Sequence record: PX418924.1
DNA from: a phage
Reading direction: 5' to 3' (one strand)
DNA length: 38,505 bases
Below the pieces are notes generated by a model. The model saw only the letters and a program-made list of their open reading frames with translations. It made no database searches and had not been told where the DNA came from. Shown one piece after another: positions 8,450 through 18,400 of the stretch. The first letter of the stretch is position 1. The number at the start of each line of letters is the position of its first letter. The position numbers and the translations under genes were made by a program.

Positions 8450-8604
8450 GCGTGTTTCACCAGTTCGATAGCCTCGCGGCCTCGCCCTTCTGCGTCCAAG
8501 TGTTCCATGAGTTTAACCATCTTGCGATGATAGCGAGCGGCCTTGCGTGACTCAGAGTACCAGCCAGCGACCGCAAAGAGTGCGATAGTGATAAATATAG
8601 CCAT
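8446..8604 (-). CDS. Small early membrane protein (52 aa)
   Basis: ATG at 8604 with AGGAGG 7 nt upstream; MAIFITIALFAVAGWY transmembrane-like segment. Confidence 0.55.
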   Translation of the reverse strand: MAIFITIALFAVAGWYSESRKAARYHRKMVKLMEHLDAEGRGREAIELVKHA

Positions 8605-8623
8605 TGCTAATCCTCCTGTTATG

Positions 8624-8824
8624 TCAATCATTCCAGCCCGCACATGTTGCTTGGTGTAGCACACAGGCTTGATAATCCTCTTGTGCTAAAATCGGGTTTA
8701 CCCAATGTGTGACCTGTTTACCGTATCGCACAACGTAGGTGCTTCCCATTGACCCGTGGTAATACTCACGCAGTGTTACGGTGCATTGGCCTTCTATTTT
8801 AGATGTTGCCAGTAGTTTACTCAT
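8624..8824 (-). CDS. Small early protein (66 aa), function unknown
   Basis: First ATG (8824) downstream of the R0.5 hairpin; upstream part of the ORF is occupied by the hairpin. Confidence 0.45.
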   Translation of the reverse strand: MSKLLATSKIEGQCTVTLREYYHGSMGSTYVVRYGKQVTHWVNPILAQEDYQACVLHQATCAGWND

Positions 8825-8850
8825 GGTGTTAGTCCTATAGCGTGCTAAGT

Positions 8851-8896
8851 GATAATCATAAAGGCCACACATACAGTGCGACCTTGAGTCTATCAC
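8851..8896 (-). promoter_or_regulatory. RNase III-type processing hairpin (R0.5-like)
   Basis: gataatcataaaggccacacatacagtgcgaccttgagtctatcac immediately after the gene 0.3 stop. Confidence 0.65.
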
Positions 8897-9355
8897 TTAC
8901 TGTACTTGCCAGCGGCGACCGAACTCATCAATCGTGAAGCAGCCTTGCAGCGGTGCGCCTTTGGGAACTTCTTGGAAGCTACCCGGCAGACGTTCAGCCT
9001 TATACCCGTCGATACCTTTAGCGTACACCAGACCAGCCGTGTGAGTCTGTGATTTGTATACCAGTACGCAATCTTGCTCCCACTCATTGCAAGCTAATCG
9101 TGCAACATTGAGTGCCTGCGCCTTGCCCTTGCAGCGTACACGAACCGTTTTTTCCTCAGTCGGTGCGCTTGCGATTGCCTCACGATAGCATCCGGTCAAA
9201 TCGGTTGACTCAACGGAGCCATAAAGACCCGGAAAGGCACGTAAAGTGCTTACCATGTGGCGGTGGCGACTCATGTTCACCTCATCGTCAAGGTTTGAAC
9301 GGAAAGCTGACACCAGTACATAGAAGACGTTAGCAGGCTCTTTAGTGAAAATCAT
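8897..9355 (-). CDS. 0.3: S-adenosyl-L-methionine-cleaving enzyme (T3 SAMase, anti-restriction), 152 aa
   Basis: MIFTKEPANVFYVLVSAFRSNL ... CFTIDEFGRRWQVQ matches T3 gp0.3 as recalled; first gene after the host promoters. Confidence 0.93.
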   Translation of the reverse strand: MIFTKEPANVFYVLVSAFRSNLDDEVNMSRHRHMVSTLRAFPGLYGSVESTDLTGCYREAIASAPTEEKTVRVRCKGKAQALNVARLACNEWEQDCVLVYKSQTHTAGLVYAKGIDGYKAERLPGSFQEVPKGAPLQGCFTIDEFGRRWQVQ

Positions 9356-9386
9356 TTGGTGTTACCTCATGTTAGTTCGTGTTAAG

Positions 9387-9436
9387 TGAATATCATAAAG
9401 GCCACGCTTTTAGTGCGACCTTGAGTTATTCGCTTA
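9387..9436 (-). promoter_or_regulatory. RNase III-type processing hairpin (R0.3-like) in the early leader
   Basis: gaatatcataaaggccacgcttttagtgcgaccttgagttattcgc. Confidence 0.65.
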
Positions 9437-9544
9437 TACATCGGTACACTCAAGAGCTATTATCCAGATTGTTAAAGAGCGTGTCGGTCTGGTTTCGTTA
9501 GACCCTAGCGGCTTTCAGTGTCCCGCCTCACTGTCGTTTCAATG

Positions 9545-9579
9545 TGGTACATAGTACCGTGCTTACTTCATGTTGTCAA
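9545..9579 (-). promoter_or_regulatory. Host sigma70 early promoter (A3-like)
   Basis: Minus strand TTGACA - 17 bp - TACTAT, near-identical to T7 A3 as recalled. Confidence 0.75.
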
Positions 9580-9653
9580 CCATTTTGTTTCGCTTTATGT
9601 GCCGTGGTGCGCTTAAGTCACCTAGAAGACACCGATTTGTGGTTGACGTTATG

Positions 9654-9689
9654 TGGTACATCTTACTGCATGTTACTTCATGTTGTCAA
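9654..9689 (-). promoter_or_regulatory. Host sigma70 early promoter (A2-like)
   Basis: Minus strand TTGACAACATGAAGTAACATGCAGTAAGAT, matches T7 A2 as recalled. Confidence 0.75.
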
Positions 9690-9782
9690 TGCCTGTTTTT
9701 CGTATGACTTATCAGGCTGTCTACTTATCCGGTTGACTCCGGTATCTCAGGGAGTGGCTTTAAGGCCGTTGTCCCGTTGACG

Positions 9783-9818
9783 AGATGAATAATAGCCTTA
9801 AGGGTTACTTAAAGTCAA
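9783..9818 (-). promoter_or_regulatory. Host sigma70 early promoter (A1-like)
   Basis: Minus strand TTGACT - 18 bp - TATTAT. Confidence 0.6.
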
Positions 9819-9875
9819 CCATTAATTTAAATCTTTTTATTAAATCTTTAATTCCCTCTTTAAGTATCCCTTATT

Positions 9876-9894
9876 CCCTTTAGTGAGGGTAATT
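9876..9894 (-). promoter_or_regulatory. T3-type phage RNAP promoter (phiOL, left end)
   Basis: ccctttagtgagggtaatt upstream of A1, followed by an AT-rich stretch. Confidence 0.8.
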
Positions 9895-9974
9895 GAATTG
9901 ACGATAGACACCATAGAGAACTACAGGGCGTCACTACAGGTTAACAGTGGGTCTATCGGTCTGGTTGTCTTTAA

Positions 9975-10470
9975 GATAGTGTCGCTCTTTAGGTAGTGGC
10001 TTTAGGTCTGGTCTTTAGGTGGAGGCTTTAGGGTTTACTTTATGAGGCTAACAGATAGGGACACATAGAGATGTACTATCGAACTGGTACACTAGGACAC
10101 TCCTTAAGCCCTCCTTAAGCCATCCACCACTTTAGGTATTGACTTTAGGAATCACTTTAGGCTATCCTATAGGCCACTTAAGGAGATACCCAAGGTTAAC
10201 CGAAGGTTAAACCCTAGGGGTAGGGCTGGCTTTAGGTGGCTTTAGGAGGGCTATGGGGGGTACTTTGGGTTCTTGAACTGTGAGATACCCATTCAGATTT
10301 TTGTGGTAAATTCTTAAAGGGGCTCTTTAGGCAACCACTTTAGGTAAGACCACACCATAGGTGAGACCATAGGCGCATCCCGAAGGGATAGCTAGGAGAC
10401 ACCAGAATACCCTGTAAGACCATTACGAACTACAGGGCATCTTTAGGTATAACCTTTAGGGTTGGCTCTA
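9975..10470 (-). repeat. Dispersed CCTAAAG heptamer arrays flanking and inside the terminal repeat
   Basis: More than 15 copies of ctttagg on the plus strand (CCTAAAG on the phage strand) at irregular spacing, as in the T7 end regions. Confidence 0.8.
10052..10285 (-). repeat. Terminal direct repeat, single copy in this circular representation; mature left end predicted at 10285
   Basis: Minus strand reads TCTCACAGTTCAAGAACCCAAAGTACCCCCC from 10285, matching the T7/T3 left-end start; inner boundary placed by analogy to T7 (...CCCTATCTGTTA). Confidence 0.5.
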
Positions 10471-10542
10471 CAGGGATGAGTTGGTGTAGTGAAACTATAC
10501 CTACGAATCCCTCAGAGCCGCTTGTCGGTCATCAACAATAAT

Positions 10543-10692
10543 TTAATCCCCACAAGAGAGTATAGAGCAAAAGGCCACTTCCAGTTGACCGAGGTGGTCA
10601 GTAAGACCTGCGTACCCAAGGGCAGCAGTAAGTACCAGAAGAAATCGCCAAGTGACTCTATGACGCAGCAGGGCAATCAGCAAGCGTAACAT
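10543..10692 (-). CDS. 19.5: gp19.5-like small protein (49 aa)
   Basis: ATG at 10692 with AAGGAGGT upstream; 49 aa as for T7 gp19.5; last gene before the right end. Confidence 0.6.
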   Translation of the reverse strand: MLRLLIALLRHRVTWRFLLVLTAALGYAGLTDHLGQLEVAFCSILSCGD

Positions 10693-10836
10693 TGAGCCAC
10701 CTCCTTTCAGTTGCTCTAAGGTAGGGTGATTATACAATGATAATATCACCAATCATAGAGGTAGACTTAAAGTGCATAAAGGGTCATTGCATAACTTGAA
10801 TGACTAACCTATATAGTAGCTTTAAGTCCCCTCTCT

Positions 10837-10855
10837 CCCTTTAGTGAGGGTTAAT
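10837..10855 (-). promoter_or_regulatory. T3-type phage RNAP promoter (phiOR, right end)
   Basis: ccctttagtgagggttaat between genes 19 and 19.5. Confidence 0.8.
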
Positions 10856-10936
10856 GCAAACTAGTTGATTCTTAAGGAATTTCTTAAAGTGACCATCCGT
10901 GGTCTAATTGAATCCTTATGCGCTCAATATGCATAA

Positions 10937-12700
10937 CTACCAATCAATGAACCTGTTACTATTCACATCGTCATCCTCCCAATAGAGTTCCATACCGTCA
11001 ACCATAGAGGTGACTACGTGACCAGCCGAATGGATTGGGTGCTCCATGTGTTCCTCTAAGAACGCCTCAAGCACCTCAGCCTCAACCTTCACGGCGTCCA
11101 GTTCCATCGTAGAGCGTAAGAACTCCACACCCAATGCTAACGCATCAAGTCGGTCATCATGGGCCACAGCGCCCTTCTCACGGGCCATACGGGTCAATTG
11201 GTAGAACAGCGAATAGCGAACGTCATGCTTGCCATCAGCGTCACGGGCAGTCTGGTAGTCCTCACGAATCACCTCGTCACGAATCACAAGGCGGTGCGTA
11301 GAGAGCACAGGCTCCAGCGTATCACAAATGCGTAGTTCCTTCATACCGCGAGCACGAATCTCTTCAAGTTGCGCTGCATGGTGTTTCAGGAGCACAGGGC
11401 TGAATACCTTACCAAACATACCATCCCCGAAGTTACTCTCGAAGACCACTGTCTGAACCTTCCACTGCTTCGCTTTCTTAGCGAGGGACTCAAGGGTCTT
11501 ATCGGAATAACCATCGCGGAACCCGCCAGCTTCCATCAGATAGATGTAGCCATTCAGGGTGAACAACACTGCGTAACCAGTCTCATCCTTACCGCGACCA
11601 CTAGGGTCAATCACGAGGATGCGCTGCTGGTACTGTCCAGTGTTCTGGCTGCACGAATGATAGCTATGAATATCATCACCCTTAAGGCCCACGTTAGGAA
11701 GCTCTTCATTGCGATTCTGACGGTTCGGAAGCCACTGGTAATGCATTGGGGCTTTCTCGAAGTCCAGACCGCACACGATAGCGTCACGGAGGCGTAAGGG
11801 GTACTTCTCGGCATCACTCAGGTTCGGGTTGAGCATGAACTGCAAAGTGAAGCCAGCCTTACCGTATTCCAACTCACGCTCACGCAGGTCTTCCATATCG
11901 AAGCGCACGGGGTCAGTTGGTTGACCTTGGAGCATCTCGAACCCATCGTTGAACTCTTCGCGGAGCATCGGGGCCAGACGGTCGCCATAGTACAAGTCTT
12001 CCTCACGGCTACGCGGATAGAGCGCAGGCCAGATGATTGTGGTGTACCCACGGTTATCTTCGAGTTCCTTGTACAAGGTCATTTCGGTTTGAGGCGTGCC
12101 AAGGTAGATAACGCGAGAAGTCGGCAGTGGTTTCAGAAGCGCAGCAAATTCCTGCACCAGAGTCCACAGCTTCTCACGGGCACCTTGAGTTGCGGAGTTA
12201 GACGGAATCTCAACGTCATCCGCTATGATGATATCAGCACGACTACCAGTCAACTGACCAGTGATACCCACCGACTTCACAGACGGAGAGTGGTCAGGCT
12301 TGGCAGGGCCAACATCGAAACTAATCACAGAGTCACGCTGACCGGGGCGAGGCTTTAGCTCAGCCAAGAAGGGCAGCAGGTCAATGATGTTCTTGATGAA
12401 GATGGAGTTAGCGTCCGCACGTTCTTTGGATGCAGAGACAATCAATATCTTCAACTGAGGGTCACGCCATAGCGTCCACACAACGAACGCACAGGTTATG
12501 AATGACTTACCGATACCACGGAAAGCCTGTAGGATAAACTTCTTGTTGTCTCCGTTAGCCAGACACCGGGCCATATCAATCTGACACTTAGTTGGCGGCG
12601 GGAGAGCCAAAGCCTTCCACAATACGAACAGGAAGGCCACGAAGTCACCCTTAAGCTGCGCGATAATTAGCGCATTACGGTTTGCTTGGGTGTCGCTCAT
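10937..12700 (-). CDS. 19: Terminase large subunit gp19 (587 aa)
   Basis: Size and position; ATPase-like N-terminal region ([11 protein letters not shown]); matches T7 gp19. Confidence 0.93.
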   Translation of the reverse strand: MSDTQANRNALIIAQLKGDFVAFLFVLWKALALPPPTKCQIDMARCLANGDNKKFILQAFRGIGKSFITCAFVVWTLWRDPQLKILIVSASKERADANSIFIKNIIDLLPFLAELKPRPGQRDSVISFDVGPAKPDHSPSVKSVGITGQLTGSRADIIIADDVEIPSNSATQGAREKLWTLVQEFAALLKPLPTSRVIYLGTPQTEMTLYKELEDNRGYTTIIWPALYPRSREEDLYYGDRLAPMLREEFNDGFEMLQGQPTDPVRFDMEDLRERELEYGKAGFTLQFMLNPNLSDAEKYPLRLRDAIVCGLDFEKAPMHYQWLPNRQNRNEELPNVGLKGDDIHSYHSCSQNTGQYQQRILVIDPSGRGKDETGYAVLFTLNGYIYLMEAGGFRDGYSDKTLESLAKKAKQWKVQTVVFESNFGDGMFGKVFSPVLLKHHAAQLEEIRARGMKELRICDTLEPVLSTHRLVIRDEVIREDYQTARDADGKHDVRYSLFYQLTRMAREKGAVAHDDRLDALALGVEFLRSTMELDAVKVEAEVLEAFLEEHMEHPIHSAGHVVTSMVDGMELYWEDDDVNSNRFIDW

Positions 12701-13127
12701 TCTGCATCTCCTTAATAGTACGCTGGAGCGCTCTTACGTGAGCATCAGCAGCTTGGGTTATTCCGATAATACGCTTAGCATCTGACTCGTGTAGCTCGGC
12801 TCGACCATTAAACTCGCATCTACCGTTATCTTCTGGTAGTCCGGTAAGGGTTTTGATGCGGACTGACAGCCGCTTATTATTACTACGCAGGTCATTAAGC
12901 ATCCTATCAGTGCTGCCTTCAATGGCTGCAATCTCTTCTTGGTACTCACGGGATACCCGACTGACCTCTGCCTGAGTTGCTGCGGTTGCTTTTGTCTTCG
13001 CAATGTATTCATTTTGGATTACCTCCTTCCAGTTTGCTCTCTCATGGGTTGACCCTAAGTGCCAGCCACCCATAAAGAGTGTCCCGGCGAGTACCCAAGG
13101 GAGTGCGCTGCGTAAAAGTTTTAGCAT
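12675..13127 (-). CDS. 18.5: i-spanin (Rz-like) gp18.5
   Basis: [19 protein letters not shown]-terminal transmembrane segment; ATG at 13127 with GGAGG upstream; contains the embedded 18.7 ORF. Confidence 0.75.
   Translation of the reverse strand: MLKLLRSALPWVLAGTLFMGGWHLGSTHERANWKEVIQNEYIAKTKATAATQAEVSRVSREYQEEIAAIEGSTDRMLNDLRSNNKRLSVRIKTLTGLPEDNGRCEFNGRAELHESDAKRIIGITQAADAHVRALQRTIKEMQNERHPSKP
12758..13012 (-). CDS. 18.7: o-spanin (Rz1-like lipoprotein) gp18.7, embedded in gene 18.5 in another frame
   Basis: Lipobox-like [16 protein letters not shown]; 84 aa, same size and arrangement as T7 18.7. Confidence 0.7.
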   Translation of the reverse strand: MNTLRRQKQPQQLRQRSVGYPVSTKKRLQPLKAALIGCLMTCVVIISGCQSASKPLPDYQKITVDASLMVEPSYTSQMLSVLSE

Positions 13128-13169
13128 AACACCTCCCATCAATTTTCAGATTTCACGTAGATGCACCAA

Positions 13170-13222
13170 ATAACATCCATAAAGGCTCCCCGCGTGGAGA
13201 ACCTTGAGTATGTCACTTACTG
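13170..13222 (-). promoter_or_regulatory. RNase III-type processing hairpin (R18.5-like)
   Basis: catccataaaggctccccgcgtggagaaccttgagtatgtcac. Confidence 0.6.
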
Positions 13223-13483
13223 TAGCGTGATAGTCTCATCGTCCGTCAGACCATTAGGGCCGACCACTTTGTTGTAGTCTTCCAGACCAGCCGCGAGACC
13301 TCCAAGGATGTTCTCATCCGGGGTCAGCTTACTGATTTGGAACTTATGGCGGTCTAACAGTTTGCCGATTGCGTTGTAAAGCTGCGGAGTTCGGCGTTCC
13401 TCGCTCTGGAGGTCAGCAAGCATACGCTGTGCCATCTCCGTGTCCAGCATCTCCAGCAGCTTGATTAAAGTCTTGTCGCTCAT
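13217..13483 (-). CDS. 18: Terminase small subunit / DNA maturation protein gp18 (88 aa)
   Basis: Size and position between holin and spanin genes. Confidence 0.8.
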   Translation of the reverse strand: MSDKTLIKLLEMLDTEMAQRMLADLQSEERRTPQLYNAIGKLLDRHKFQISKLTPDENILGGLAAGLEDYNKVVGPNGLTDDETITLQ

Positions 13484-13486
13484 AGG

Positions 13487-13690
13487 TTACTCCTTATTTG
13501 CACGTTTCCAGTCAATCATCTTATCGACTACCTTGGCACCAATCTGAACCACTGTGTAGGCGATAGCTGCAACGTAGAACCATTCGTTTAACGATAGTCC
13601 CCAAAAGAGTCGGGCCGCACCATCAGCGACCCCTGTGCCAACAATCGGCGCAGCCTTAACGACCTCGTTATTGAAGTCAAAAGATAACAT
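13487..13690 (-). CDS. 17.5: Class II holin gp17.5 (67 aa)
   Basis: 67 aa with one hydrophobic segment, directly after the tail fibre gene. Confidence 0.8.
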   Translation of the reverse strand: MLSFDFNNEVVKAAPIVGTGVADGAARLFWGLSLNEWFYVAAIAYTVVQIGAKVVDKMIDWKRANKE

Positions 13691-13701
13691 TCTTGTTCTC
13701 C

Positions 13702-15399
13702 TTATGTTGTGCCGTCCTCTGGCTTTGTTGATTGTCCTTCGAGTTCTTTAACGCGTTGACGCAGTGCCTGCATCTCAGTGATTACGTCAGCAAGCAACGC
13801 CCTGTCGTTGGTATTCAAAAGACTACCTTCTGCGGTGGTCGTGAGGTATGTGTACAGCGGGTCAATCGTGTCAAGCTGTTGGGCCAGCCACCCACGTTTA
13901 CGTTCCCCGGTGGCAATCTCTGTGTATTCCACTATGCCAATTGCGTCAATACGCTCACCAGCACCATCAAGAGGTTTAGTGATATCATCCTTGATTCTAA
14001 TATCAGAACCTGAGGTCATCACATCACCAAGTGGTGTAGATATTTTACCATTGGAGAATAGCTGCCAGTTAGTATCCTTGCTATAACCATTGAGGTTAAG
14101 GATTATCGCGTGGTCTGTACCAACGTGCTCCTGAATATACATACCACAGTACGCACCAAGTGGATCATTCTTAGCACCACGGCCCCGAAGCTGTGAGCGA
14201 ACTGCCACAGAATTGAGGTATTGGCCAAGATATGGATTAGGTGGCGCATCCACATATGCGATGACATCACCCTTAGCTCGCGTTGGCCCTGTAAAGTCAA
14301 ACCTGTTGGTATCTGTAATAACAAAACCAGCACGTAAGGTGGATGAAGTACCAGACACACGGTAGTTCTCGAAGTGCATGCCCCCTGCATCATCCATATA
14401 AATCCTGTTGGCATAGTTCACTCCATTCATGGTCTTATCTTGGTATAGCCCATTGTGGTTCAGTATTGATACTCTACCGTCTCCTTTAATGGTGAAGTCA
14501 CCCTTCATGACAACATCGTTACCGTTGACTGAATCAATAGCAGCAGCAAAGTCATTCATGTTAGTCAGCTTAGTAGCCTCCTCAGAAGCCTTAGCAGCGC
14601 TCGATGCAGCGTTAGTCTCAGAGGTCTTAGCGTTAGTCTCAGAGGACTTAGCGTTAGTCTCAGAGGTCTTTGCATTCCCCTCAGACGTACTTGCGGCGGC
14701 GGCACTCTTGGAGGCCTTCCGTGAGTAGTGATACGCAGAGAACTCGCTACCCTGAACCGGAGAGTCCTCTGCACGCTGCGCCCATTGATGCGCGTTGTTC
14801 TCGGAGGTCTTTGCGTTGTCCTCAGAGGTCTTAGCGTTGGTCTCTGAGGTCTTAGCGTTGGTCTCTGAGGTCTTAGCAGCGGCCTGAGAGGTAGCAGCGG
14901 CGTTCTTAGAGTTCAGGGCAGACTCGTTCCACCGAGTGACTTGACCTAAAGTGATAGCATCACCGAGGTCAACACCATCAGCTACGTTTATGATACGACG
15001 ACCACGAGCATCAAGGTTGCCATCATTGTTCACACCAATGGTATCAGCCGTTAAGTCACGAGCCTCTTCTGCAACGTGAAGGGTTTGAACCTGAGAGATG
15101 TTCAGGTCGTATGCCCGAAGGATTGAACCATCGGTGAAGTCAACCAGCCTATCGGTAGCTGAGGTAAATCGACGGATTTCAATCATGTTATAACCGTCCG
15201 CTGCCCCCCACGCTCTCGTTGTGGAGATTGTGGTCTTAGTCGCAAAACGATAGTCTTGATTCAAGATGAGTTCCTTTCGGTCAACACCGATAAGGGTCAC
15301 TCTGACGAACTTACGCGCTAGATACTCGAACGGAATATTAAAGTCCGTAGTGGAGCCATCCAGCGGGTAAGTCATCACGGTCTTAATAGTTGTAGCCAT
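13702..15399 (-). CDS. 17: Tail fibre protein gp17 (565 aa)
   Basis: MATTIKTVMTYPLDGSTTDFNIPFEYLARKF matches the T7 gp17 N-terminus; start at 15399 with GGAGGT 4 nt upstream. Confidence 0.93.
   Translation of the reverse strand: MATTIKTVMTYPLDGSTTDFNIPFEYLARKFVRVTLIGVDRKELILNQDYRFATKTTISTTRAWGAADGYNMIEIRRFTSATDRLVDFTDGSILRAYDLNISQVQTLHVAEEARDLTADTIGVNNDGNLDARGRRIINVADGVDLGDAITLGQVTRWNESALNSKNAAATSQAAAKTSETNAKTSETNAKTSEDNAKTSENNAHQWAQRAEDSPVQGSEFSAYHYSRKASKSAAAASTSEGNAKTSETNAKSSETNAKTSETNAASSAAKASEEATKLTNMNDFAAAIDSVNGNDVVMKGDFTIKGDGRVSILNHNGLYQDKTMNGVNYANRIYMDDAGGMHFENYRVSGTSSTLRAGFVITDTNRFDFTGPTRAKGDVIAYVDAPPNPYLGQYLNSVAVRSQLRGRGAKNDPLGAYCGMYIQEHVGTDHAIILNLNGYSKDTNWQLFSNGKISTPLGDVMTSGSDIRIKDDITKPLDGAGERIDAIGIVEYTEIATGERKRGWLAQQLDTIDPLYTYLTTTAEGSLLNTNDRALLADVITEMQALRQRVKELEGQSTKPEDGTT
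14600..14885 (-). repeat. Imperfect 21-bp tandem repeats inside gene 17
   Basis: gcgttagtctcagaggtcttagc units in two clusters, encoding AKTSETN-type heptad repeats. Confidence 0.85.
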
Positions 15400-15455
15400 G
15401 TGACCTCCTTTGTAAATTAGCATTAAGAGAGAAGAGGCCAGAATGTGACCTCTCT

Positions 15456-15475
15456 CCCTTTAGTGAGGGTTTATT
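15456..15475 (-). promoter_or_regulatory. T3-type phage RNAP promoter (phi17)
   Basis: ccctttagtgagggtttatt overlapping the gene 16 stop. Confidence 0.8.
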
Positions 15476-18400
15476 GTTTCTTCGGCGTCTCCTTTATGCG
15501 AATACCGTTGGCCTCGTAGATTTTCATAATGAGTTGCTGTGATAGCGGGTCATTAGGAATCAACTCACGAGAGGTGTTGAAGAGTCCTGTACGGAACTCC
15601 AGAGCGGTAGCCTTGTTCGGAGAAGACAGCAGGGAAGCGGCATTAATAGCTGTTGCACCCACAGAGCCAACAAAACCTAAACCCGGAACCTGCTCACCAA
15701 TTGCACCTGCGATAGTTGAAGCCACCTGTCTACCTGTAACTGCCTTGTTAGGGTCGCGCTTCTCGGACTCTTTAGGGAGCACCGTAGAGCGGGTGTACTT
15801 ATAGGTATCGCTACCAACCATACCAGCGAACATGTCGTAGATACTCAATGGTGAGCCTAAGTGTGAACTACGAGAGATTGACGCATGAGCAATCATCTTA
15901 GGGTCAAGGGCGTTCTTAAGGTACTCCTTACGTTTGTGCTCCTGTAGACTTGCAGCCTTAAGGTGCGCCTGCCCAACGTAGTAACCACCAGCTAGACCCA
16001 AAGAGATGATGTGAGTCAACGCTTGGTCTAACGCTCGGTTGTTCTTCGTTGCCTCGTAGAAGCTACGGACAAACCGGGAGTTCAGGGACTTGATGACGAA
16101 GTTCTTAAACTGCATCACCATCTTAACTCCAGCACCGTATGCCTTGGCATCCTGTGAGGAAACCTTATGTGGGCGAAGTATAGTCTCATCAGCCACCTTG
16201 TCAGCCAGACGCCACAAGTCCATTGAGCGTGGGTCGTTAGCGAAAGCCTGTTTGTCACGAATGGTGAACTTACCGTCTTCTCCACGAGTCGCATAGTCTC
16301 TGAACAACTGCTTGATTCCATTCCACTGCTCAGGGCTGATAGAGGCAGACTTAAGGTAGTTTGCCTTACCGAACTTAGAGGCTTTCCCAGCAAGGGCCGC
16401 TCCAGCCACATCCCCAAGAACACCCTGACGGGCAGCATCAAGAATGTAGTTTGATGTTCCGTTTAGGAGCATTGTCCAAGGAGAGCGTGCAGCCAACTCT
16501 TGAGTACCGAAACGAATCGTACCGACCACATTGGCAACCGCAGCGCTGGTGTCCGTAGACTCCCGAAGGCGGCGCACATGGTCTTCACGTCCCGGACGGA
16601 TTAGCTGGTCTAGTTCCTTACCGAACACCATTCCGTGTATCTCCTTAATCTCGGAGGCACGCAGCGGTTTCCCACGGTTGACCCAATCGTTAATCATAGG
16701 GATGCCATGAGTTATCGCAGAGACGTTACCTTTAGCCAGCATACCAGCGATTTCAGTAATGTTCTGTGCCCCCATGTAGGCGTTCTTAGCGAAGAACGTA
16801 AGGTCATTGACGGAGCGCAGGGCTGTGCCCCAAGCGCCTTCCGGGTTCCTACGGGCACGACCAGTTAGAATCTTCACGGTGTCCTTGAGGGCTTCCACTT
16901 CACCTTTCAGTGTGCCGTTACCCTCTGACTGCTTATCCAGCGCCATGATTTCATCTTTCAGGTCTTTAGTCGTCTTACCGGAACCGCCCATGATTGCCAC
17001 GTCACCATCCACTCGTCGGTCGTATGCAGGCAGAATTTCAGCCATGTCATAGGTACGGAGGTCATTCACAGAGAATGTATTACCATCAGGGAGAGTCACC
17101 GCCATGTCACTGTCGAACATGTTACGGGCTTCCAAGAAGTTGTTGTTCTCGATTCCCACCAGACCCTCAATATTATCCTCAATGACAGAGGATGCAGAGA
17201 ACTGGTCAGTGTGTGAAATACCATACGCCTTATCCATCGCGTGCTTCTGCACCATCTCCGGCGTAACTTCCTGCACGGATTTGAGACCATTGAGTTCCAT
17301 CAGGTACTCATCGACCCTCGCCTTGACTTCTGGACGAGCACGATAAGACGTCAACCATGACTCCGCGATTGCTCGTTGCAAGCCATCATTACCGTAACGT
17401 TTAACCATCTCAATCTTGATAGCGCGGTCGTATACGTTTGGCACGTAGGTTCCCTTGTGGCGTGAGCCGGGGAAGATACTGACCGCCTTGGTGTTGCCGA
17501 AGATTGATGGGTTCTCCATGATTTCACGTTTGAGGTCAAAGTGCTGCTTGAGGATGTTCATCACGTTCCGCTCACCCTTTGTCAGGTTTGCTTGAAGCTC
17601 AGGTCGCTCAATCGCTAATGCTGCACGCTTGTAGATTTCCTGTCGGATTTCCTTACGGCTCATTGTGGCCCCACCAGTTGAGAACTCAGGGTCTTTCATT
17701 GCAGTACGCACAGCATCATAAAGCTGATTGTAGGTGCGCTGATTGTTCGCGTGGAGTCGCTCCTTAATGTCAGAAGCAGTCGCACCGAACTTACCATTAG
17801 AGCCTGATTCCATCCCTGTTGGAGAACGCACAAGGTCACTCGCAATGGAGCGAACAGTCGGGTTCTCAGAGCGGAGAGTCTTCAAGCCAATCTCAGTGAA
17901 ACCACTCAAAGAGATACCACGAGCGGCACGCTCAGGGTTGACCGCCTCGAACTCGCTAAGAGTCTGAGGGTTCAGTGGGTTGGTGTCGCTCAGGATTTGA
18001 CCTTGAGGCAACACAACGGCACCCGGCTCGGTCTCCAGAGGTGAATACTCAACGCCAGCGTGCTCACGGTCGAACACACGGTTCTCGCTAGGCATACGGG
18101 TCAGGTCTTCACCACCAGAGTTCAGAGCGGTCTCACGGGCTTCCAATCGGTGAGCCATAGGGGCGAAGTCATTAACAACCTCAGTACCACGGGAACGGCG
18201 AATACCAGCGGCGATAGCGTCACTGATTGCACTCATCCCGGCACCGAACATCAGACCGCCTAAAGCAGCATCAGCATAGTGGGCTTCACCACCAGCGATT
18301 GATGTACGGATACCCTCAGAGGCGACAGCGAGGCCAGCACTTTGAGTACCCACAATGAAAGCCTTGTTAACCACCTTGAGACCTTTCCCGGCTACGCCTA

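Noticed and set aside
8893-9087. 64-aa minus-strand ORF nested in gene 0.3
   Set aside because: Out of frame with the SAMase gene, no RBS, no recognisable product.
11611-12051. Two alternate-frame minus-strand ORFs (68 and 77 aa) inside the terminase large subunit gene
   Set aside because: Comparable to the doubtful T7 19.2/19.3 ORFs; Cys/Ser-rich low-complexity translations and no start signals; reported only as a possibility.
13732-14774. Several 60-103 aa ORFs on both strands within gene 17
   Set aside because: They arise from the repetitive, low-complexity tail fibre sequence and lie inside a well-supported gene.
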